A stretch of 42,296 nt of DNA. Source: a virus (Duplodnaviria; Caudoviricetes). The notes under the pieces are model-generated. The model searched no databases. It worked only from the letters and a program-made list of their open reading frames with translations, and was not told the origin of the DNA. The stretch is from IMG/VR virus record IMGVR_UViG_3300049924_000223, positions 1 to 42,296 of that record; one strand, 5' to 3'. Shown here one piece after another: positions 35,854 to 42,296 of the stretch (its first letter is position 1; each line of letters begins with the position of its first letter). A program made the translations under genes and the position numbers.

Positions 35854-36267
35854 TTACTCCTTGCCCGATGGGTTGGCGTCGGGCGCCGCGGTGGTTTGGT
35901 CGGTGATCTCGATCACGGTCAGCGGACGCCGTCCGTACTTCCTGGCCCATTCCTCGGGCAACTGCGACAGCACAGCTTGCCGGTAGGCTATGCTGGCCAT
36001 GCGGTCGTTGTCGTCGACGAGGGCGCCGGCCTTGACGAGACCGTCGATGAACGACTTGGCGCCGCCGATTATGTTTGCCGCGTCCGTGATCCGCTGCTTG
36101 CGGTAGCTGGTCACCACGACAGAGCGCGGCCCCTTCGCGTTGCAGATTTGCCACGCCACCAGGCGGACCATCTGCGCAACCCGCGCAACGTCGCGGTGGT
36201 TCGCGCGCCAGTGACGGCGAGTGGTGACGTTTTGTGACGGGATGTTGTAGGGTATGGCGAAGATCAC
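35854..36267 (-). CDS. RusA-like Holliday junction resolvase
   Basis: PSQN, DAANIIGGAKSFIDGLVKAGALVDDN. Confidence 0.75.
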   Translation of the reverse strand: MIFAIPYNIPSQNVTTRRHWRANHRDVARVAQMVRLVAWQICNAKGPRSVVVTSYRKQRITDAANIIGGAKSFIDGLVKAGALVDDNDRMASIAYRQAVLSQLPEEWARKYGRRPLTVIEITDQTTAAPDANPSGKE

Positions 36268-36470
36268 GAGCGGTTCCTCCGCTTCCCGTGAATAAACACC
36301 GCATCATAGATCCCGCTGACGGTCGACTCCATCGCCTTGGTCAGCGGATCGCCCTTGCGAGTGCGTTTGTCCATGGCGTCGACGAACTCGACCTCCCAAT
36401 CGGTCAAGCGGTACTCGTCGCTGTCGAGGTCGACGAGCGCGGCGAGTTGATCGGCGATGGTCATGGGCAT
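36264..36470 (-). CDS. Hypothetical protein (68 aa)
   Basis: LTDWEVEFVDAM...LT motif; coupled to its neighbours. Confidence 0.65.
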   Translation of the reverse strand: MPMTIADQLAALVDLDSDEYRLTDWEVEFVDAMDKRTRKGDPLTKAMESTVSGIYDAVFIHGKRRNRS

Positions 36471-36997
36471 TGCGCCTCCGTCTTGGCCAACAACGCCCGC
36501 CCGCTCTCAGTGATGAAGTGCACGGGAAGGTTTTCTCGCTTCACAAACTGACGCCGCTCAATTGCGCCGAATGCCCAGCAAACGCCGAGCGCAAGATTGA
36601 TGTCGGCAGGCTTGAGGCTTGGGAAGGTGCGGGCGAGATCCGCGGACGTGCAGCCTTGGTCGCCTAGCTTGGCGATTTGCGCGCACAGGAGGCGGCGCAG
36701 TTCTTTCGCGGGATCGACGGGCTTGATGGCGAGCGCGCGGCCGGCGGGGCGACAGAGGCGCACGCGCTTCTGCGTCTCCTTGTCTATCGTGTCGCCGCAT
36801 TCCTCCAGGAGTCCGGCCTCGATCAGTTCCGTGCACCTCGGGCGCACCTGATTGGGCTCAGTGAAGCCCATACGGCGCATGACCTCCCGGTCGGCCATGG
36901 GGTACGTGGCCTCGACGTAGACCTTGAGCACGGCCTGAGCGCGGTCGCTGATGTTGAGCGAGTGGTATGCGCTGACGCTGTTGGCGTGGACGGTCAT
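36461..36997 (-). CDS. Tandem winged-HTH DNA-binding protein
   Basis: MADREV...NQVRPRCTELIEAGLL and a second wHTH ending ITESGR. Confidence 0.7.
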   Translation of the reverse strand: MTVHANSVSAYHSLNISDRAQAVLKVYVEATYPMADREVMRRMGFTEPNQVRPRCTELIEAGLLEECGDTIDKETQKRVRLCRPAGRALAIKPVDPAKELRRLLCAQIAKLGDQGCTSADLARTFPSLKPADINLALGVCWAFGAIERRQFVKRENLPVHFITESGRALLAKTEAQCP

Positions 36998-37000
36998 GGA

Positions 37001-38056
37001 TCAGCGTTTCTGCTCTTTGATGCTCGGCGACTTGGGGACCTTAGAGACAGCCGGCGCGATCACGCTCAGCACCTTGGCTGCCTCCGCCTTGATCGTCGCG
37101 TGCTCCATCAGCTCGCGGACCTGTCCCGCTTCCTCCGCCAAGTTGAACGCCTGCATGGTGTCAATCTTGGTCATCATCGCACCGGGTTGCAGGACGAAGC
37201 CGTCAGCGATGCCGCCGGCCTCCAGGTACGGCTTGGCAATGTCCTTGATCGCCTCGTCGAGCGCTCCGCCAATCTTGCCGGCGGCGATCTTCTCGCCCCA
37301 TGCGACGGGGTCTGTCGGTGCGCCCATCAGCTTGAGGGCTTCGCTGGTCTGCATGACAAGTCTCCTCGCCTCCGCGCAGTGCGGGAGGGCTTTGCAGTGC
37401 TCGCATGCCGTCAGACTGGCGTGCACCTCGGTGTCGGATTCGCGCGCGCCATCGGTGACGGAGCGGATCCATGTGATGTTGGCGGTGAGCGATTCGGTGG
37501 TGTATTTGGCGGACGAATGGCGGAGGTGCTTCTCGGCGCGCGGCTGAAAAATGTGGACCTCGACGGTGTCCACCTTGAACGATGAAGCGGCCATGATTGC
37601 GTAAGCGGATAACTGATCGTGGTCCGCTGCCTCGCCCTGATCGTTCATGCCGCTCTTGAGATCGATAACGATCACGCGCTTGAACGGATCGACGAGCACG
37701 CAGTCAGCCGTGCCGCCGTTGACCAGGCCAAGGCCTGCGCCATCGAGGTGATGCTCGACCAGAATGTTGTCCGCGTCGATCCCGCGGGCGACGGCCAGGT
37801 CGCGCACGAAATCAACGTAGAGTCCGGCGCAGTGACGGTCCCAGCCGTTGAGCGCGGCGCACTCCTCGGGCTCGGGCAGGCCTTGCAGGAGTGATGCGGC
37901 GAGCGCGTGGACCAACGTGCCGAGGGCGGCGTCGTCGGCGTCCGGTGGCTTGCCGTAGGCAGCGAGGACCGCGGCCTCCATCGTGGGTCTGCCTGGGCAA
38001 AGGCTGATCGCCTCCAGAGCGCTGGGGCGGATGAATGCGTCGAGGTTGTAACTCAT
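37001..38056 (-). CDS. PD-(D/E)XK exonuclease (DUF2800/Cas4-like)
   Basis: RPS...CPG, GTLVH, VEH, GGTAD, IDLKSG, QLSAYA, IFQPR and CEHC...HC. Confidence 0.85.
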   Translation of the reverse strand: MSYNLDAFIRPSALEAISLCPGRPTMEAAVLAAYGKPPDADDAALGTLVHALAASLLQGLPEPEECAALNGWDRHCAGLYVDFVRDLAVARGIDADNILVEHHLDGAGLGLVNGGTADCVLVDPFKRVIVIDLKSGMNDQGEAADHDQLSAYAIMAASSFKVDTVEVHIFQPRAEKHLRHSSAKYTTESLTANITWIRSVTDGARESDTEVHASLTACEHCKALPHCAEARRLVMQTSEALKLMGAPTDPVAWGEKIAAGKIGGALDEAIKDIAKPYLEAGGIADGFVLQPGAMMTKIDTMQAFNLAEEAGQVRELMEHATIKAEAAKVLSVIAPAVSKVPKSPSIKEQKR

Positions 38057-38412
38057 CCGACCCACCCCTTCCCGAGGCACGCGCAGCAGTAGCCCTGCGC
38101 CTCGTTGTCGATGCCTTTCGCCTTGCACGCCTCGCAACGATGCCGCGACTCGCCGGCCTCACTGAGGGCGAGGATGTGCTCATCGTAGAGCGGTAGCCCG
38201 TAGCTGCGGCGATAGCGGGCGTCCTTGAGGTACGATTGCATAAATTGCGGCGTCTCATCCGGCGACCGCTTCATCGCGTAGAGCCACGACGCGACACAGC
38301 CGAGCGCCTCGTCCATGCTCAGGTGGCCGGTGGTGTGCCCCTGGCAAACGACCTCCAGCTCCTTGCCGAGGGTGCCGACCATTTCGCGGACGGTGATGGA
38401 ATCGAGTCTCAT
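38053..38412 (-). CDS. Hypothetical protein with C-terminal Zn ribbon
   Basis: CEACKAKG...CCACLGKG. Confidence 0.6.
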   Translation of the reverse strand: MRLDSITVREMVGTLGKELEVVCQGHTTGHLSMDEALGCVASWLYAMKRSPDETPQFMQSYLKDARYRRSYGLPLYDEHILALSEAGESRHRCEACKAKGIDNEAQGYCCACLGKGWVG

Positions 38413-39143
38413 GGCGCGACTCCGAGAATGGCGCGCAGTTCGTCCGGTTGCGTTTCTGCCACGCGACGGCGTGCGACCTCGATGTAGTGGTCAGATGATT
38501 CAATGCCGATGAATCGGAAGCCGTCCATGGCACAGGCAATGCCGGTAGATCCACCGCCGGTGAATGGGTCCAGCACAGTGCCGCCCTCGGGGCAAACCAC
38601 CGACAGCAGTTTGCGCAGCAGTTCGACCGGCTTCTCGGTTGGGTGCTCGCCACCGCGCACCGGCTTGCATTGCAGAACGTTCCCCACGTCACGGCGGCGC
38701 GGCTCGAGGCCCTGTTCCTTGGTGAAGTGCAAAACCATTTCGTGCTGGTTACGGAAGCACGCGCCCATGCCAAAATAGGTCTTGTCCCACACCAGCACGC
38801 CCGCGTGGCGCATGTCGACCGACTCGATGGCCGCCGATAGGTGCGGCAGCATTCGCCAATCAATAAACGCCAGGAAGTGGCCGCCCTTCTTCATCACCCG
38901 GCGGCACTCGCGGGCCACCTCGCGCATCAGATAGCCGAACCCAACGACCGTCAGGCTGTCACCGTCGAACCATGTGGCGTCGTCAGCCTCGCGGTTCATC
39001 GCCTTTCGCAGTCCCTTGGCTGCTTCCTTGCGGGTACCGCTGGAATAGGGCGGATCAGTGAGCACGCAGTCGACGGAGTCGTCAGGGAGAGAACGGAGAA
39101 CGGCGAGGGCGTCGCCGTGGTGGATGACGTGTCGATCGCTCAC
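38409..39143 (-). CDS. N6-adenine/N4-cytosine DNA methyltransferase (beta class)
   Basis: TDPPY precedes HPTEKP and LDPFTGGGST. Confidence 0.93.
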   Translation of the reverse strand: MSDRHVIHHGDALAVLRSLPDDSVDCVLTDPPYSSGTRKEAAKGLRKAMNREADDATWFDGDSLTVVGFGYLMREVARECRRVMKKGGHFLAFIDWRMLPHLSAAIESVDMRHAGVLVWDKTYFGMGACFRNQHEMVLHFTKEQGLEPRRRDVGNVLQCKPVRGGEHPTEKPVELLRKLLSVVCPEGGTVLDPFTGGGSTGIACAMDGFRFIGIESSDHYIEVARRRVAETQPDELRAILGVAP

Positions 39144-39931
39144 GGACGCACCGCCTTCATAGCGGTCTGTTCGATCATCTCGATGTGTGCCCCGTCCACG
39201 ATCGCGCCGGCATCGATCGCGCGCTTGATGGCTGCCTCGTCGAGACGGACGAGAATCTCCATGCCGACCTGATAGGCGGCAGCGACCTTGCGCGGGTCGG
39301 TAATGATCAGCTTGGGGACAAGGCGCGTGGTGACCGCGGACGGTGCCACGGGGGCGACGACCGGCGCAGGCTTCACCGGTGCGACCACCGGTGAAGGAGT
39401 GATGGCCACCGGCTTGGCTTCCACTGGCGTTCCGAGGACCTCGGCCAATTCCTTGGCCTGACGTTCCGCCTCGTCGCGTGCCGCTTTCACCTTGGCCGCA
39501 TGCTCCTCGTCGGCGATCCTCTGCTTGGCCGCGCGCTCCTCCTCCGCCTTGCGTTCCGCCTCACGCTGGGCAGCGAGCGCGGCGTCCTTCTGTTTCTTGT
39601 CGTACGCGGCGATGCGGCCGACCAGCGAACGGTGCGCCAGGACCAACGGATCGAGCGTCGCGGCGATGATCGACTTGCATGCGCGTTGCGTGTCGAGTAG
39701 CGGGCTCTTGAGGTACTCCTCGCGCGCCTCGATCTCCTTCTTGGTCGCGTGCATGACCGTGGCTAGGTCGTTGGCCCTAGCGAAGCTGGACGGGTCGGTG
39801 ATTTCGAAGCCAGAGGAGGCGACCAGGGCGGCGGACTTATCAGCCACCTCCTGCCTGAGCACTTCCAGCGTCGGGGCGAACACCTCGGCAGCGGCGCCGG
39901 TGTGCTTGATGACCAGCGACGGGCCGCTCAC
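39140..39931 (-). CDS. Coiled-coil recombination-region protein
   Basis: GTG start overlapping the RecT stop; C-terminal LDEAAIKRAIDAG..VDGA resembles gp157-like tails. Confidence 0.65.
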   Translation of the reverse strand: MSGPSLVIKHTGAAAEVFAPTLEVLRQEVADKSAALVASSGFEITDPSSFARANDLATVMHATKKEIEAREEYLKSPLLDTQRACKSIIAATLDPLVLAHRSLVGRIAAYDKKQKDAALAAQREAERKAEEERAAKQRIADEEHAAKVKAARDEAERQAKELAEVLGTPVEAKPVAITPSPVVAPVKPAPVVAPVAPSAVTTRLVPKLIITDPRKVAAAYQVGMEILVRLDEAAIKRAIDAGAIVDGAHIEMIEQTAMKAVRP

Positions 39932-40986
39932 AGCTCGACTCCCTTGGCAAACTGAGCGGACCACGCGGCGACGCGCTGCTCCAACTCGACCAAGTACAAC
40001 TTGCGGCTGTCGTCCGTCTCACCGCCGAGATCCGAGACGGTCCTGATCTGCCACTTGGCGTTGTGCTCCTTGATGACGGCGAGGAGGCACGCGCCGGCCT
40101 GCTTGGGCTCGGTCAGAGTGGAGAGATGGGCACAGCGCTTGTAGATCAGGTCACAGGTCGCCGCGGCGGCGTCCATCGCCTCAGCCTTTTGCATGCTGGT
40201 AAGAGGGCGCTGTGGTGACTCATCCTTATCCGCTCCGGCCTTGGCGATGGACTCGACAGCTTTAGCCGCCTCATCGGGTGTCGCGCCGGCAGTAGTCATC
40301 AGACCGGTCACCGCATCCGTCACCGTCTTGGCCTGGGCATCCGTGGGCGCCTTGTCCTTCACCGTGCGCACCTTGCCCGGTTTTGGTTCGTCGTGGACGG
40401 TGGCAGTGCTGGTCACGTCGATCGGGTCGGCGTCCGCCATCTCCTCGGCCATCTTGAAGCCGGCGAGCGTGTCGGCGAAGGTGTCGCGGAGAGCGAACGC
40501 GCGGGCGCGCATCTGCATCTGGCGCTGTGGCGTCTTGGACCAGGGGCCTTCCTTCTTCCAGAGTCCCGCCTCTTTCGCCTCGATGACGGAGAACGAGCGG
40601 ACGATCGGCTCCCGTCCCTTGCGCTTGGCGATGCAGACCGCGCGGAACGTGTCCTCGTAGGGCTTGCCCTCGAACGATTCGAGGCAGTCCTCAAAGTGCG
40701 GGTTGTTCATGCAGACGGCGAGCAAGAGATCGCCCCAAACGCTCGGGCGTCCGTTGATGTCGGCGATGCCGGCCATGGCGCTGAATACGTCCACGCCGAG
40801 GCGGGCGCCCATCGCGCCGACAACCATGATGCTGTCAGGCTTGCCGCGGAACGCCTTGGGGACGAAATCGGTCTTGGAGAGCATCGTGCAGAACGTCTGC
40901 ACCTGCTCGATGGTCTGCGGAGACATGAGCAGGCCGAAGCCTGCGGCGGGGGCGGATGGTTGGATGGAGAGAGCGGAGGTAGACAT
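39928..40986 (-). CDS. recT: RecT-like single-strand annealing protein
   Basis: FVPKAFRGKP, IADINGRPSVWGD, EAKEAGLW and PQRQMQMRARAFALRDTF. Confidence 0.85.
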   Translation of the reverse strand: MSTSALSIQPSAPAAGFGLLMSPQTIEQVQTFCTMLSKTDFVPKAFRGKPDSIMVVGAMGARLGVDVFSAMAGIADINGRPSVWGDLLLAVCMNNPHFEDCLESFEGKPYEDTFRAVCIAKRKGREPIVRSFSVIEAKEAGLWKKEGPWSKTPQRQMQMRARAFALRDTFADTLAGFKMAEEMADADPIDVTSTATVHDEPKPGKVRTVKDKAPTDAQAKTVTDAVTGLMTTAGATPDEAAKAVESIAKAGADKDESPQRPLTSMQKAEAMDAAAATCDLIYKRCAHLSTLTEPKQAGACLLAVIKEHNAKWQIRTVSDLGGETDDSRKLYLVELEQRVAAWSAQFAKGVEL

Positions 40987-41021
40987 TTGTTTTCCTGGTT
41001 GGTGGTGGATGAAGAAGAGGG

Positions 41022-41138
41022 GCAGGCCTTCCACCTGCATGTGGTCGCTCGGACGTTCAAATGCCCGAGTCCCCTTAGTCCGACCGGTCGGAGCCCTCAG
41101 AAAAAAACCGGCTAGCGGATCGTGGCCACGACCACATG
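41022..41138 (-). ncRNA. Candidate structured leader/attenuator RNA upstream of recT
   Basis: 10-bp stem 41038-41047/41129-41138 enclosing three hairpins and a U7 run. Confidence 0.5.
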
Positions 41139-41235
41139 ACACCGTCAAACGCACACCGGCGATGCGCTCGACCGCCTATCCATCATCGACCGTGCCCGTG
41201 GGCCGTGCCTAGGAATTGGCGCTATGGGGTTGAAA

Positions 41236-41751
41236 TCAGCGACGAGAGAGGAGGACCGAAGCGAGAGCGATAACCCGCGCCGAGTAGTCGCGCGCCGTTC
41301 GTGATCGGTACCGATTGCCAGCGTTGTAACGTGCGACCGCATCGGGCCAGTTGCCGGCCTTGACGTAGCAGCGCACCAGCCACAGGCGGGCAAGCGATTC
41401 AGCATAGACGGTGTCGCGGTGGACGCGGGCGTGGTTGGTGACACCCATATCGGTGAGCACTGCGGGCGAGAGCTGGAAGGGCGAGACCTCGCCGTCAGCA
41501 CCGCGCGACCACTTGCCGCGCACGTCGCCGATGGATCGCCACTCGGTGCCGGTTTCGACGGCGGCGATTGCGGCGACGATTCGATCGGGGACCTCGACGG
41601 CCAACCCAAACCGGCACACGATCAGAGTCAGGGCGATGGCGAGGAGGAACGCAAGGTGCGGTTTGCAGTTCGCCCACACGGCAGCGATGGCACGGTCGCG
41701 CATCATGCGCAGGGCGTGCGGGTTGGTGAGGGATGGGCGCGGGGTGATCAT
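41236..41751 (-). CDS. Lytic transglycosylase (SLT-like) with N-terminal TM anchor
   Basis: IAAVET catalytic Glu, PFQL and ARYNAG motifs; hydrophobic LAFLLAIALTLIVC. Confidence 0.75.
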   Translation of the reverse strand: MITPRPSLTNPHALRMMRDRAIAAVWANCKPHLAFLLAIALTLIVCRFGLAVEVPDRIVAAIAAVETGTEWRSIGDVRGKWSRGADGEVSPFQLSPAVLTDMGVTNHARVHRDTVYAESLARLWLVRCYVKAGNWPDAVARYNAGNRYRSRTARDYSARVIALASVLLSRR

Positions 41752-42221
41752 TTCGACACCGAACCGGCCAGGAACACAATGGCAGTGATGGCACCGACCG
41801 AAGCCGCCAGGAACCACAGGACGGTGGACCAGGGCACGGGCTTGTGGTCGAAATCGCCCGAGGCGATGCAGTCCTCGCAGTCTTGGCACACAACGCTCAC
41901 CGTCATCTGTTGGCATCCGTCGACTGCACACTGGCGCGGCACCGGCAGCGGCGTGCACAGGTCGTGCGCGTACTTGTCGCATGCGTGGCGGGTGTTTGCG
42001 CGTCGCGCCTCAACCAGCTCGGTGGTCGTTGTCTTGTCGTCGGCACAGACGGTCGGGTGGGCGATCATCGACTCGGTCGGCGTCGCCTCGCGTGGCTGAC
42101 AGTCGTGAATATCAGCAAGAAAAGCGTTGTTTGTACGTGCGCCACAGGTGGCGCAGTGCAAGAAAAGGGCGCCTGGATCCGGGGAGTGATTGCGCCAGGA
42201 GTGGGGACGGGCGGGGCTCAT
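41748..42221 (-). CDS. Cys-rich hypothetical protein with C-terminal TM
   Basis: Several CxxC motifs; hydrophobic tail; coupled start and stop. Confidence 0.55.
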   Translation of the reverse strand: MSPARPHSWRNHSPDPGALFLHCATCGARTNNAFLADIHDCQPREATPTESMIAHPTVCADDKTTTTELVEARRANTRHACDKYAHDLCTPLPVPRQCAVDGCQQMTVSVVCQDCEDCIASGDFDHKPVPWSTVLWFLAASVGAITAIVFLAGSVSK

Positions 42222-42296
42222 GCGACCGCCTTGCGCACCAGCGACACGGTGCCGCTTTTGGCGTCGATGCCGACGTCGAGACCGTCCGCCTTGAGC
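42119..42296. repeat. Terminal direct repeat, right copy
   Basis: Same 178 bp as 1-178; coding frames run continuously across the join. Confidence 0.95.

Noticed and set aside
37001-38056. Cas4-like nuclease as evidence of CRISPR-Cas
   Set aside because: No array or other cas genes; its position near recT fits a recombination exonuclease
41022-41138. tRNA gene
   Set aside because: Cloverleaf-like, but lacks a canonical acceptor/D/anticodon layout and the TTCGA T-loop

Overview
Apparently a complete, circularly assembled GC-rich tailed-phage genome of about 42,118 bp: bases 1-178 recur at 42119-42296 with one mismatch. The virion module is that of a BPP-1/epsilon15-like podophage: terminases, T7-type portal, scaffold, Bbp17-like capsid, Bbp16-like cement, adaptor, nozzle, internal virion proteins and a tailspike. 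Nearly all genes are on the minus strand; only a CI-like repressor and a small lipoprotein gene (absent from the ORF track) are on the plus strand. The early region encodes RecT, a PD-(D/E)XK nuclease, two DNA methyltransferases, ASCH, DUF2303, DUF4031, a RusA-like protein and a DUF1376 replication initiator with internal iteron-like repeats. I recognised no integrase, partition genes, DGR, tRNA or CRISPR array. Most notable: (1) a tailspike and a second structural-type protein appear to carry Sec signal peptides; (2) paired ATGC-N7-GCAT boxes exactly 31 bp apart precede three late modules; (3) a 2447-aa ejection protein carries an inserted RadC/JAB domain and a HExxH motif; (4) three intergenic regions have multi-stem RNA folding potential; (5) a beta-subunit-like ORF is nested in the C5 methyltransferase. 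All family assignments come from motif recognition by eye, not from database searches.
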